DNA from: Gammaproteobacteria bacterium
GTDB taxonomy: Bacteria; Pseudomonadota; Gammaproteobacteria; Ga0077536
Direction: 5' to 3'
NCBI GenBank assembly: GCA_963662545.2
Contig: CAXXLL010000002.1
Span: forward strand, 1,536,001 to 1,600,000
Length of the DNA: 64,000 bases
The position numbers and the translations under genes were made by a program. The notes under the pieces are model-generated. The model was given only the letters and a program-made list of their open reading frames with translations. It ran no database searches and was not told the DNA's origin. Below are positions 48,672-58,400 of this stretch, in pieces. Position 1 is the first letter of the stretch, and each line of letters opens with the position of its first letter.

Positions 48672-50816
48672 ATGAACGTGGATAAACGAGTCGAGCGGCG
48701 CTACCGTAACTGCCACATGTGCGAGGCGGTCTGCGGCCTCGAATTCGAAATAGCGAATGGCCGGGTGCTCGCGATTCACGGCGATAAGGACGATCCCCTA
48801 AGCCGGGGTTACATCTGCCCCAAGGGCGTCGCGATCAAGGACATGTACGATGATCCGGACCGCTTGCGGCAACCGGTCAAACGCGTCGGATCGGATTGGC
48901 AGGCGATCGGTTGGGACGAAGCCTTGGATTACGCCGCGGACGGCCTAGTCGACGTGCAGCGCCGTTTCGGCAACGATGCGGTTGCCGATTTTATCGGCAA
49001 TGCCTACGGCTGCATTTACGGTATCTTGACGCATATCGGCTACCTGCGTGCCGCGTTGGGATCGCGCAACAGCGCCTCACTCGCGTCGATCGATCACATC
49101 GCCCACTTGATGACGAGCGTCGCGATGTACGGTCATCAGTACCTGTTGCCCGTGCCCGATCTGGATCGTACCGAGTATCTCGTAATCGCGGGCGCCAATC
49201 CACTCATGTCCAACGGTAGCCTCATGACCGCGCCGGGCGCGCGCGACCGATTCAAAGCCATACAGGCGCGCGGCGGAAAAATCGTGGTCATCGACCCGCG
49301 GCGAAGTGAAACCGCCCGGCTCGCGAACGAACATCATTTCATCAAGCCGGGGACCGATGCGGCGCTTGCCGCCGCCGTGCTCAACACGCTGTTCGAGGAA
49401 GGACTGACCAATCCGCGCGCATTGACCGGCATGTTGAACGGAGTCAACGAAGCCGCGGCTCGGCTTACGTCATTCACGCCGGAGCGCGCCGCCGCGGTTA
49501 CGGGCATTGAGGCGGAGACCATTCGTCACATCGCGCGCGATTTTGCCGCCGCCGACCGCGCCGTGTGGTACGGCCGCGTCGGCACCTGCGCCCAACAATT
49601 CGGCACGATCACCCAATGGTTGTTCAGCCTGATCAACGTCGTCACCGGTAACCTCGACCGGCCGGGTGGATTCATGTGGACGACGCCCGCGGTCGATCTA
49701 ACCGCCGATCCAAACGCCGATCCAGGGCGCTATGCCGAGTGGCGAACGCGGCTGCGTGGATTGCCATCGTTCGGTGGCGAGGTACCGGCGGCGACCTTCG
49801 CCGAAGAGATGCTGACCGAAGGCGAAGGCCAGATCCGCGCGTTCGTCAGCATTGCCGGCAATCCGGTCTTATCGTTCCCGAACGGACCGCGCGTCGACGA
49901 AGCACTCGCATCACTCGAGTTCATGGTCGCCTTGGAACCGTATATCAACGCGACCTCGCGCCATGCCAACGTCATCCTGCCCGCGCCCCGCGCGCTGGAA
50001 TGCGACCATTACGAAATGGTTTTTTATAGTTTCGCCGTACGCAATGTGACCAAATACATGCAACCCGTATTTCCTGTCACCGACGGCGCGATGCTCGACT
50101 GGGAGATCATGGTCGCCCTCGGCCAACGGATCGCCGAGCGCAAGGGCGAGCCTGTAATGCCAACCATGAGCCCCGCTGAGATGATGGACCTGGCGCTGCA
50201 AAGCGGACACTACGGCAAAGCCGCGGGCCACCCGTTAGAACTGAACCTCGACAAGCTGAAGGCGCATCCCAACGGTATCGATCTCGGCCCGCTGGAATCC
50301 CGCTTACCGGATTGCTTGCAAACGCCGGATCAAAAGATTCACTGCGCGCCGCCCGAACAGATGGCAGATCTCCAGCGCCTCGAAACAGAGCTCTTCAGTG
50401 GGCGTACGAATGATGATCTCGTACTCATCGGCCGCCGTCACGTGCGCAGCAAAAACACTCAAACTCAAAATTGCGAGCGCTTGATGCGCGGCCCTAATCT
50501 CTGCACGCTGTTCATGCATCCGGACGATCTAGCAGAGCGCCAACTGCAAGACGGTCAATTGGTGCGTGTCGCCTCGCCAGTGGGCGCCGTAAATCTGCCG
50601 GTCAAAGCGACCGATGAAATCATGCGCGGCGTCGTCAGCATCCCGCATGGGTTTGATCACGGGCGCGCGGGTACGCGCTTGAGCGTTGCGTCAAAGCATG
50701 CGGCAGTGAGCGTAAATGACTTGACTGACGATCGGCACATCGACGTCGTAACCGGCATGCCGGCATTCAACGGCGTGCCCGTTAGTGTCGATCGCGCTCC
50801 GGAAAAAACCACCTAA
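48672..50816 (+). CDS. molybdopterin (bis-MGD) oxidoreductase catalytic subunit
   Basis: CHMCEAVC...ICPKG 4Fe-4S motif, DPDRLRQP, IDPRRSETA, GNLDRPGG, C-terminal MHPDD...GVVSIPHG. Confidence 0.92.
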   Translation: MNVDKRVERRYRNCHMCEAVCGLEFEIANGRVLAIHGDKDDPLSRGYICPKGVAIKDMYDDPDRLRQPVKRVGSDWQAIGWDEALDYAADGLVDVQRRFGNDAVADFIGNAYGCIYGILTHIGYLRAALGSRNSASLASIDHIAHLMTSVAMYGHQYLLPVPDLDRTEYLVIAGANPLMSNGSLMTAPGARDRFKAIQARGGKIVVIDPRRSETARLANEHHFIKPGTDAALAAAVLNTLFEEGLTNPRALTGMLNGVNEAAARLTSFTPERAAAVTGIEAETIRHIARDFAAADRAVWYGRVGTCAQQFGTITQWLFSLINVVTGNLDRPGGFMWTTPAVDLTADPNADPGRYAEWRTRLRGLPSFGGEVPAATFAEEMLTEGEGQIRAFVSIAGNPVLSFPNGPRVDEALASLEFMVALEPYINATSRHANVILPAPRALECDHYEMVFYSFAVRNVTKYMQPVFPVTDGAMLDWEIMVALGQRIAERKGEPVMPTMSPAEMMDLALQSGHYGKAAGHPLELNLDKLKAHPNGIDLGPLESRLPDCLQTPDQKIHCAPPEQMADLQRLETELFSGRTNDDLVLIGRRHVRSKNTQTQNCERLMRGPNLCTLFMHPDDLAERQLQDGQLVRVASPVGAVNLPVKATDEIMRGVVSIPHGFDHGRAGTRLSVASKHAAVSVNDLTDDRHIDVVTGMPAFNGVPVSVDRAPEKTT

Positions 50817-50888
50817 ACAAAGGGAGAGTCTCACTCGAGGTCCTTGCCTAATCCAATCCTGTGGCTGCAGCGTTAAGCCAAAAACCGT

Positions 50889-51075
50889 GTCGAGGCGCAA
50901 AAAGCATTTACCTCGGATCCCGAGGTCGTCGAGCGCGCGCAAGATGAACGCGGCCTATCTCAAGGCCGTGGAGAATGGAGAAGGCGCAGCCCAAGTCGAC
51001 GCGTTTCTCGTCGACGCTGCCACGATGCGCCTGTACGGCAAAGTATTGGAGATGGCCGACCGGATTGGCATGTAG
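50889..51075 (+). pseudogene. displaced 3' fragment of the CitE-like lyase gene (attR-like repeat)
   Basis: Encodes ARKMNAAYLKAVENGEGAAQVDAFLVDAATMRLYGKVLEMADRIGM; matches 17004-17195. Confidence 0.9.
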
Positions 51076-51152
51076 GCGGGAGTCATTGCGATCGTATTTG
51101 GGTGCCGGGACTTAAGAAATGGTCCATGAGCCGGAATTAAGGGAGCACGTTA

Positions 51153-52013
51153 ATGAAACTAGGGGTGTTGAGTTTTAACACGGAATACTCGATCAGAGCC
51201 GACGATTTGGCGATCGCCGCTGAACAACGAGGATTCGAGTCGGTGTGGTTTCCAGAGCACACGCACATTCCCGCCAGCCGTGAAACTCCCTGGCCAGGGA
51301 ACGGCCCCCTGCCGAAGGAATACGTACACATGTCGGATCCCTTTGCGAGCGCGGCCGCTGCCGCGGTGGTGACGAAGACGCTCAAAATCGGCACCGGCAT
51401 CTGCCTCGTCATCGAACACGAACCGATCGCGCTGGCGAAGACGGTCGCGACGGTCGACCGCTTATCCGACGGGCGGTTTCTCTTCGGCGTTGGCGCGGGA
51501 TGGAATCGCGAGGAGATGGAGAATCACGGCACGCCCTATGAAGAGCGATGGAAGATATTGGAAGAGCACGTCAAGGCGATGAAAGAGCTTTGGACCGCGG
51601 AAGAAGCGACTTTCCACGGAAAATACGTCAATTTCGATAAGATCTGGTCTTACCCTAAGCCGGTGCAGCAACCGCATCCGCCCGTGATCCTCGGCACCTT
51701 CGGCTCCAAGTGGGGCCGCCAACGGGTCGCCGATTTCTGCGATGGCTGGATCCCCATCGATCTATTTCACGAGGATATGAAGCACGACATCGAGGACCTC
51801 GACAAGCGACTGAAGGCGAACGGGCGTAGCCTTGAGGATGTGAGTATCTCGATGTTCGATATTTTTGAAACGCCGGAAGACGATCTCAAGCGTTTCGTCG
51901 ACATGGGCTGCGTCGAACGTGCGATCCCCCGGTGCCCCACCGAAGACCGGGATACTGTGCTACGCTGGCTCGATCGATATGCCGAAATCGGACGCCGCAT
52001 CGGCGCGATTTGA
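51153..52013 (+). CDS. LLM-class (F420-dependent-like) oxidoreductase
   Basis: GFESVWFPEHTHIP, DRLSDGRFLFGVGAGWNREEM, PKPVQQPHPP. Confidence 0.9.
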   Translation: MKLGVLSFNTEYSIRADDLAIAAEQRGFESVWFPEHTHIPASRETPWPGNGPLPKEYVHMSDPFASAAAAAVVTKTLKIGTGICLVIEHEPIALAKTVATVDRLSDGRFLFGVGAGWNREEMENHGTPYEERWKILEEHVKAMKELWTAEEATFHGKYVNFDKIWSYPKPVQQPHPPVILGTFGSKWGRQRVADFCDGWIPIDLFHEDMKHDIEDLDKRLKANGRSLEDVSISMFDIFETPEDDLKRFVDMGCVERAIPRCPTEDRDTVLRWLDRYAEIGRRIGAI

Positions 52014-52152
52014 AGCGGCCGCGCGCGGATAAATTCCTCGTGCGTTTAAAAACAATTAAGTTTGATGAGGGCCCCAAGGCAATGCGATCCCCATTCAGCC
52101 GCAGTACGGCTTGGGATCGTCTTTAAAATGAGACCAGAGGAGGTCGAGAACG

Positions 52153-52803
52153 ATGATCAAGTTGTATGGAATCGGTTTGAGCAATTACTACAACATGGTG
52201 AAACTGAGTCTGACGGAAAAGGGCCTGGACTTCGAAGAAGTGATGGCCGAGCCCAGTCAGGAATCGGATTACACTTCCAAGAGCCCGATGGGTAAGGTGC
52301 CCTGCATAGAAACGCCCGACGGTTTTCTATCTGAGACTGCAGGCATCATGAGTTACCTGGAAGCCCTGCAACCCAGTCCGGCGCTGCTACCTTCCAATCC
52401 GTACGCGCGCGGCAAGGTGCTGGAAATGATGCGGATCATGGAACTCTACATCGAACTGCAGGTGCGGCGGCACTATAACGAAGTCTTCTTCGGGGGCGAG
52501 CGCAACCAGGCGGCGTTCGACGAAGTGAAGCCCGTGATGGAGAACGGACTCAAGGCATTAAAGCAGGTCGGAAGCTACGGCCCCTACGTCGCGGGCAGTG
52601 ATTACACTTTCGCCGACATCGTTGCCGCCTATACATTCTGCTATGCGGTGCCGACCGCCCAGGCCATCTACGGCTGGGACATCATGAGCGAAGTGCCGGG
52701 GATGCAGGGCGCCATCGATGCGACGAACGCGCGTGAAGCGGGTGCGAAAGTCGCTGCCGATCACGGGGCCGCATTGAAGTCCTTCCAGGAAGCAGCCGCG
52801 TAA
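52153..52803 (+). CDS. glutathione S-transferase
   Basis: SNYYNMVKL.L.EKG, SPMGKVPC, LSET, ADI. Confidence 0.9.
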   Translation: MIKLYGIGLSNYYNMVKLSLTEKGLDFEEVMAEPSQESDYTSKSPMGKVPCIETPDGFLSETAGIMSYLEALQPSPALLPSNPYARGKVLEMMRIMELYIELQVRRHYNEVFFGGERNQAAFDEVKPVMENGLKALKQVGSYGPYVAGSDYTFADIVAAYTFCYAVPTAQAIYGWDIMSEVPGMQGAIDATNAREAGAKVAADHGAALKSFQEAAA

Positions 52804-52822
52804 AGCGAATCGACCAGGCATG

Positions 52823-52857
52823 AAGCGGGCTCTCTCGACGAGAGCCCGCTTTTTCTT
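52823..52857 (+). terminator. intrinsic terminator
   Basis: AAGCGGGCTCTC-tcgac-GAGAGCCCGCTT 12-bp stem followed by TTTCTT. Confidence 0.85.
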
Positions 52858-52870
52858 AAGGGATTCAACT

Positions 52871-53272
52871 ATGGGCTCGGGAATAATATTGCCGGTCGAC
52901 TCCATTCGCGATCGCTTGAACGACGATAAAGAATTTCTGCTGAGCGCCCGGTACTGGACCTGCGATCTGCGCTTCGTCGTGGGTGCGGACCTGTATTTCA
53001 TGTCCGTCGACAAGGGCAGGGTCGCGCGTTTCCAGCACGGCACCCAAGGTTTCGATCCCTACACCATCAACATCGGTGGTCCGGTCGAAGTTTGGGAGCA
53101 AATGCTTCTCGAGGTGCCGAAACCTTTCTATCACGACTGGTTTGCGGCTTCGTTTCATCACGAATTCGAGTTCGGCGGCGATCTCGAAGCCCTCTATGCG
53201 TATTACTACGCGATCAGGCGTATCAAACTCATCATGGGTGAATGCGTACGCGAGCTTGAGCAGGCCGCGTAG
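52871..53272 (+). CDS. hypothetical protein, possibly SCP2-like fold
   Basis: ATG with RBS; LNDDKEF...W..ML..P.P.YHD...GGDL pattern; 14 bp from the downstream hydrolase. Confidence 0.6.
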   Translation: MGSGIILPVDSIRDRLNDDKEFLLSARYWTCDLRFVVGADLYFMSVDKGRVARFQHGTQGFDPYTINIGGPVEVWEQMLLEVPKPFYHDWFAASFHHEFEFGGDLEALYAYYYAIRRIKLIMGECVRELEQAA

Positions 53273-53286
53273 CGGAGGACATAGCC

Positions 53287-54159
53287 ATGGCGCGTTTCTC
53301 GGATATCTCCGGACGTTACTTCTACCTCGATGTCGACGGTACGGAATACCGTGTTTACCTGGAAGAAGCCGGAAAGGGCATACCGCTCGTCTGCCAGCAC
53401 ACGGCGGGCGCCGACGGGCGCCAGTTCCGTCATCTTCTCGAAGATTCGGCGATCACTTCGCGCTTTCGGGTAATTTCGCCCGACCTGCCTTATCACGGCA
53501 AATCGCTGCCGCCGGCGTCGCGGCGTTATTGGGAAGAGGAATATAAGCTCACCCAGGACTGGTTCATGAATTACTGGGTGCGGCTCGTCAATGAGCTTGA
53601 ACTCGATCGGCCGGTGTTCATGGGGTGTTCCATGGGGGGGCACTTAGCCGGGGATCTGGCCCTGCATTATCCAGATGAATTCCGCGCCTGCATCGGCCTG
53701 GAAGCGTCCTGCTGGAGCGGCGACCTGAACCGGTTGATCGACGAATGGTTTAACCATCCGCGCCTCTCGAACGCCTCGAAGCCGGCCTTGATGATGAGCC
53801 TTTGCTCGCCCAGCGCGCCCGAAGAGAGCGTGCGCGAAACGGTGTGGACTTATAGCCAGGGCGCGCCGGTCGTTTTTGCGGGCGATCTAAACTATTACGG
53901 CAAGGAGCATGACCTGCGTGAAACCGCAAAGAACATCGATACGGGCAGGTGCATGCTGTACGTAATGAGTGGGGATTACGACTGGTCCGCCTATCCGGCG
54001 GCAGCCCAAGAGTTGGCCGACAAGGTGCCCGGCGCCGCCTATACCCTGATGGAAGGCATGGGCCACTTTCCGATGTGCGAAGACCCCGTGCAGTTCAAAA
54101 AATACCTGATGCCTGTTTTAGATGATATCGAGGCCCGCTCGGTCGGCAAGGCCGCCTGA
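53287..54159 (+). CDS. alpha/beta hydrolase
   Basis: HTAGADG, PDLPYHGKS, GCSMGG, GDYD, GHFPM. Confidence 0.88.
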   Translation: MARFSDISGRYFYLDVDGTEYRVYLEEAGKGIPLVCQHTAGADGRQFRHLLEDSAITSRFRVISPDLPYHGKSLPPASRRYWEEEYKLTQDWFMNYWVRLVNELELDRPVFMGCSMGGHLAGDLALHYPDEFRACIGLEASCWSGDLNRLIDEWFNHPRLSNASKPALMMSLCSPSAPEESVRETVWTYSQGAPVVFAGDLNYYGKEHDLRETAKNIDTGRCMLYVMSGDYDWSAYPAAAQELADKVPGAAYTLMEGMGHFPMCEDPVQFKKYLMPVLDDIEARSVGKAA

Positions 54160-54271
54160 GAATACAGTTTTTGTTCGCCCGCTTGCGGGCGAATAGGATC
54201 CTCAGCGGCCACTAATTCGTTCCGACCAGACGAATACCGGTTCAAAGCCCGCAGCAACAAGGGGCAGCGCA

Positions 54272-55822
54272 GTGTATCCGGGGATTTACGCCAGACAACG
54301 GGCCAACCAGCCTTGTTTCATCATGGCCGCTTCGGGCGAGACGGTCACTTACGGCGAGTACGAGGCGCGTACCAATCGGCTTGCGCATCTGTTGCGGGCA
54401 AGCGGCCTCGTGCCGCTCGATCACTATGCGATCTTCATGGAGAACAATTCGCGCTTTCTCGAAGCCTGCGGAGCGGGAACCCGTGCCGGTCTGTACTACA
54501 CCTGCGTCAACTCCTATCTCAATGCAGAGGAGGTGGCCTTTATCGTCAACAACAGCGAATCAAAAGTCGTCATCAGTTCGCGTGAAATGCGCGACGTTGC
54601 AATCGCGGCCATGGCGCAGTGTCCGAATGTACGCCTGCATCTTATGGTCGGCGCCACCGGCGACGATGGACCCTTCGTCGATTTCGAGCAGGCGGTAGCG
54701 AATTTTCCCGCGACGCCGATCGCGGACGAACGGCTCGGTACGGCCATGCTGTACTCGTCCGGCACCACCGGCCGGCCCAAAGGCATCCTGCGGCCTTTGC
54801 CCGATTCGCCGCCCGACGAGCTGCTGCCGCTCTACGAATTTCTCACTCGTATGTGGCGCTATCGGGAGGGCATGGTTTATCTATCGCCCGCACCCTTGTA
54901 CCACTCGGCGCCGAATGCGGCCGTTAGCCTCACGATCCGGATCGGGGGCACGGTGATCATCATGGAGCGCTTCGACCCGGAGCAATATCTCGCCCTGATC
55001 GAAAAGTATCGGATCACACACACCCAGCTCGTCCCTACCATGTTCAGCCGCATGTTGAAGCTGCCGCCAGCGGCGCGAAACCGCTACGACGTATCGTCTT
55101 TGGAATTCGCCGTGCACGCCGCGGCCCCCTGTCCGGTGCCGATCAAGCGGGACATGATCGAGTGGTGGGGGCCGATCATCCACGAGTATTACGGCGCGAC
55201 CGAGGGTCTCGGCTTTGCCGCCTGTGATGCCGGCGAATGGCTTGCGCATCCGGGCACGGTCGGACGGGTGCTGCTGGGAGAGCTACACATCCTGGACGAG
55301 GACATGAAGGCCTGCCCCATGGGTACGCCCGGTGCCGTGTGGTTCAAAACGGCGACGCCTTTCGAGTATTACAAGGATCCAGAAAAGACTCGTGAGGCCC
55401 GATCAGATGACGGGTCGATGAGCACGGTCGGTGACGTGGGATACGTCGATGACGACGGTTTCCTATACCTGACTGATCGCAAGACCTACATGATCATTTC
55501 CGGCGGTGTAAACATCTATCCGCAGGAGTGCGAGAATCTGCTGATTACCCATCCGAAAGTCGCGGATGCCGCGGTCTTCGGCGTGCCCAACGAAGACCTC
55601 GGAGAAGAGGTCAAGGCGGTGGTCGAGCCCATGCCGGGCAGCGAACCGGGGCCCGCACTCGAACATGAATTAATCGCGTTCTGCCGCGAACACCTGTCGC
55701 ACCAGAAATGCCCGCGCTCGATCGATTTCGAAAGCGAACTGCCCCGTCTGCCGACTGGAAAGCTTTACAAGCGCCTGCTGCGGGATCCTTACTGGAGCGA
55801 AAAAGACAACCGGATCGTCTAA
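54272..55822 (+). CDS. acyl-CoA synthetase (AMP-binding)
   Basis: YSSGTTGRPKG, YGATEG, GDVGYVD, ISGGVNIYP, PTGK. Confidence 0.93.
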   Translation: MYPGIYARQRANQPCFIMAASGETVTYGEYEARTNRLAHLLRASGLVPLDHYAIFMENNSRFLEACGAGTRAGLYYTCVNSYLNAEEVAFIVNNSESKVVISSREMRDVAIAAMAQCPNVRLHLMVGATGDDGPFVDFEQAVANFPATPIADERLGTAMLYSSGTTGRPKGILRPLPDSPPDELLPLYEFLTRMWRYREGMVYLSPAPLYHSAPNAAVSLTIRIGGTVIIMERFDPEQYLALIEKYRITHTQLVPTMFSRMLKLPPAARNRYDVSSLEFAVHAAAPCPVPIKRDMIEWWGPIIHEYYGATEGLGFAACDAGEWLAHPGTVGRVLLGELHILDEDMKACPMGTPGAVWFKTATPFEYYKDPEKTREARSDDGSMSTVGDVGYVDDDGFLYLTDRKTYMIISGGVNIYPQECENLLITHPKVADAAVFGVPNEDLGEEVKAVVEPMPGSEPGPALEHELIAFCREHLSHQKCPRSIDFESELPRLPTGKLYKRLLRDPYWSEKDNRIV

Positions 55823-55901
55823 TCCGGTAAATAGCCGTTCCGAATTTCAAGCGTCTGGCGCGGCGCAGCAGCGGAAATCGGGTGCGTGTTCCGCCCATTC
55901 G

Positions 55902-56585
55902 TTACGCCGGTTTCTTCAGGCCCAGGCGCTCATAGTATTTCATGGGGACCTTGTCCGGATCCTTGTATACGATCATCGTACAGTACTCTTTGCCGAGCTT
56001 CTCAGCCGGTTCGACGACGACGAAAGGCGTGCCGTTTTCCTCGATATCGACTTTTTCCATCGCGTATTCGTGCGCGCAGTAGACCGGGAAATTCTTGCGG
56101 CCGTAGGTTAGCGGCTGTGCCTTCTCGATGGTCAGAAACGCGTCCTTTCCTTCGTACTTCCCTTCGGAGATCAAGCGCCCCCCGCTGCCGCAGGGGCAGA
56201 GCTTGATCGCAATCTTCTCATCGTCCTCGGTAATCGAAAGTGGTTGCAGGTGACCATGCAGGCCGGCGACAAACATCTTGACCTTCGCCGGCATTGAATC
56301 GGGACCGTCTGGCAGGCTCGCGACGATGGGTTTCCACCAGGCCCTGACCCCCTCCGTCATGATTTCCTCCAACGCCGCATCGCCGTAGCGCCGCCCAACC
56401 TCACTCAACGTTGCGGTGATCCAGTTGCGATACAGATCATGCATGCTCAGGAATTCGTTATACATGCGTTTCGCAATCTTCTTTGCCTTTTCCGAATCGC
56501 CTGATTCGATCGCGTCCGTCAAGCGGTCGACGGTACGCTTCTCCATCTCCCGCAATTCGTCTTCACTGAAAAATCGCTCTGCCAT
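55902..56585 (-). CDS. conserved hypothetical protein with Cys/His cluster
   Basis: AAGGGAGG RBS; MHDLY..W, CPCGSGG, YCAHE, EYC. Confidence 0.7.
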   Translation of the reverse strand: MAERFFSEDELREMEKRTVDRLTDAIESGDSEKAKKIAKRMYNEFLSMHDLYRNWITATLSEVGRRYGDAALEEIMTEGVRAWWKPIVASLPDGPDSMPAKVKMFVAGLHGHLQPLSITEDDEKIAIKLCPCGSGGRLISEGKYEGKDAFLTIEKAQPLTYGRKNFPVYCAHEYAMEKVDIEENGTPFVVVEPAEKLGKEYCTMIVYKDPDKVPMKYYERLGLKKPA

Positions 56586-56617
56586 GGGTCGTCCTCCCTT
56601 TAATTCGATTATTTATC

Positions 56618-57457
56618 TCAGACGGGCCTGTCGCCCTCCAGCGTGACCCGGTGCATCACCCGCCGGTGCCCATGGTAATCGTTGAGCGCATTGTGCTGCG
56701 CGCAGCGATTATCCCAGAAAGCGACGGATCCCGGTTCCCAATGAAACCGACAGCCGAAATCATCGCGCTGCTGAACACTATAAACGTACTCGAGCAACGG
56801 ACGGCTTTCTTCCGGCGTCATTCCTTCGAGGTTCACGGTATGCGCATTGCTGCAGTAAAGACACTTGCGTCCGGTTTCGGGATGAGTGCGCACGATCGGG
56901 TGGGACGATGTCGTGACGACGTCCGTGGCGTCCTTCGGGCTTTCCGCAATCCGGTGCGTCCGCGTCACTGCGGCATCGGGCTTCTCTGAACTGTTCACGC
57001 CCCGCAGTCCGTCAAGCAGGTCCTTCATGGTGTCGGACAGGGATTCGTAAGCCAGATACATGTTGGCGAAAAGTGTGTCGCCGCCGCTTGAAGGTACTTC
57101 TTTGGCGTACAAAATCGACCCCAGGGGCGGTGTTTCGAGATAACTCGTATCGGTGTGCCACAGCCCGCCGAAATTGATCGCCTCGTCCTCCCTTTTTACG
57201 ACTTCGACGACTTCCGGTTGGTCCGCCATGCCTTCGACAAACGGGTAGTAGCCGATTTCACCGAAGTGTTTCGCGAAGTCGACGAGTCGAGCGGGGTTCA
57301 GAGACTGCCCGCGAAAGAAGATCACCAGCCGATCGAGCAGTGCGGAACGGATTTCCCGGATGACCGGATCTGGCAGGTCTTCGGAAATATCGACGCCGGC
57401 AACGATGCCGCCGATGGCGGGCGTCATGGGCTCAACGGTAATCGTTTGGTAATTCAT
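56618..57457 (-). CDS. TauD/TfdA alpha-ketoglutarate-dependent dioxygenase
   Basis: WHTDTSY, GGDTLFANM, HPIVRTHPETG, WDNRCAQH...R. Confidence 0.93.
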   Translation of the reverse strand: MNYQTITVEPMTPAIGGIVAGVDISEDLPDPVIREIRSALLDRLVIFFRGQSLNPARLVDFAKHFGEIGYYPFVEGMADQPEVVEVVKREDEAINFGGLWHTDTSYLETPPLGSILYAKEVPSSGGDTLFANMYLAYESLSDTMKDLLDGLRGVNSSEKPDAAVTRTHRIAESPKDATDVVTTSSHPIVRTHPETGRKCLYCSNAHTVNLEGMTPEESRPLLEYVYSVQQRDDFGCRFHWEPGSVAFWDNRCAQHNALNDYHGHRRVMHRVTLEGDRPV

Positions 57458-57492
57458 GCGTACCGCCGAAAATGGCAATTTCGGGTTACGGG

Positions 57493-58329
57493 CTAGCTTA
57501 GTCCAGCACGTATCGACCCGTCGATCGCATCGACGATTTCCGCGTACTGCGCCGGACTGTCGTAACCCTGGGTATGCACAAGGTGCGTGACTCCCGCGTC
57601 TTGATAGGCTTGCGCGAGTTCGCTTGCCTGGGCCATGTCTTCCAGTGGCAGCGTCTTCATAGCGACGATCTCAGGCGGATTCTTGTCGAGGTCCGCGGCC
57701 TGTTGCCGAAAGGACTTGATCTCACCCTCGAGCTGTTCGGGCGACAGGCCGACCGGCATCCAGCCGTCTCCGTATTTGAGCGAGCGTGGAATCGCGATTT
57801 CCGCCTTGCCGCCGATGTAAATGGGTGGGAGGCTCAGGGTCGGATTGAGCAGAAAGGGCTGGCCGTTCGATTCGATCAGCGGATTGGTCGAAGTCTCGCG
57901 CAGGAATGCGAGCGTCTCGTCGGTTATCTTGCCGCGGCGTGTTCGCGGCACGCCCAGCGCCTTGAATTCTTCCTTGAGGTAGCCGGGTCCGATACCGAGC
58001 AAAAAGCGGTCGTTCGACAGCACCTGAATGGTCGCGATGAGTTTGTTGGTCAAAATCGCGGACCGATAAGGAATGATCAAAACGGCCGTTCCGAAGTGGA
58101 TTCGGCGGGTGACGGCGGCGAGGAAATTGCCGAACGCCAGCGGATCCAGGATCGCTCCCATGTCGTCGGGGATACCGTAATCGTTGTTGTCAATTGTCGG
58201 CGGCAGACCGATGTGATCATTGAACCAGATCGCGTCCAGCGTCGAGCGGTCGGCGGCCTCCGCGCAGGCGCGAAGAAAATCAGGGGTTGCGGTCGGACCC
58301 CAGTTTCGAATGTTCATTCCCAGTTTCAA
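57493..58329 (-). CDS. LLM-class oxidoreductase
   Basis: AAGGAG + TTG; WFNDH, LDPL, LGIGPGYLKEEF, GDGWMP. Confidence 0.88.
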   Translation of the reverse strand: MKLGMNIRNWGPTATPDFLRACAEAADRSTLDAIWFNDHIGLPPTIDNNDYGIPDDMGAILDPLAFGNFLAAVTRRIHFGTAVLIIPYRSAILTNKLIATIQVLSNDRFLLGIGPGYLKEEFKALGVPRTRRGKITDETLAFLRETSTNPLIESNGQPFLLNPTLSLPPIYIGGKAEIAIPRSLKYGDGWMPVGLSPEQLEGEIKSFRQQAADLDKNPPEIVAMKTLPLEDMAQASELAQAYQDAGVTHLVHTQGYDSPAQYAEIVDAIDGSIRAGLS

Positions 58330-58400
58330 AGATTTATTCTCCTTTCCCGTAGGGTCCCGCGAACGTGCGATCCGCTACCGGGCTTCGATGTTGGAACAGT

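Larger units (their letters stand above)
17196..50888. mobile_element. mosaic genomic island (~33.7 kb) inserted in the lyase 3' end
   Basis: Flanking direct repeat of the gene 3' end; internal IS6, IS4, IS30-type and RAYT remnants; accessory cargo; no integrase found. Confidence 0.75.

Noticed and set aside
50785-51075. 96-aa ORF as a real gene
   Set aside because: It is the displaced lyase 3' fragment with gaps and no proper start.
54174-54193. Hairpin TTCGCCCGC-TT-GCGGGCGAA as a terminator
   Set aside because: No downstream U-tract on either strand.
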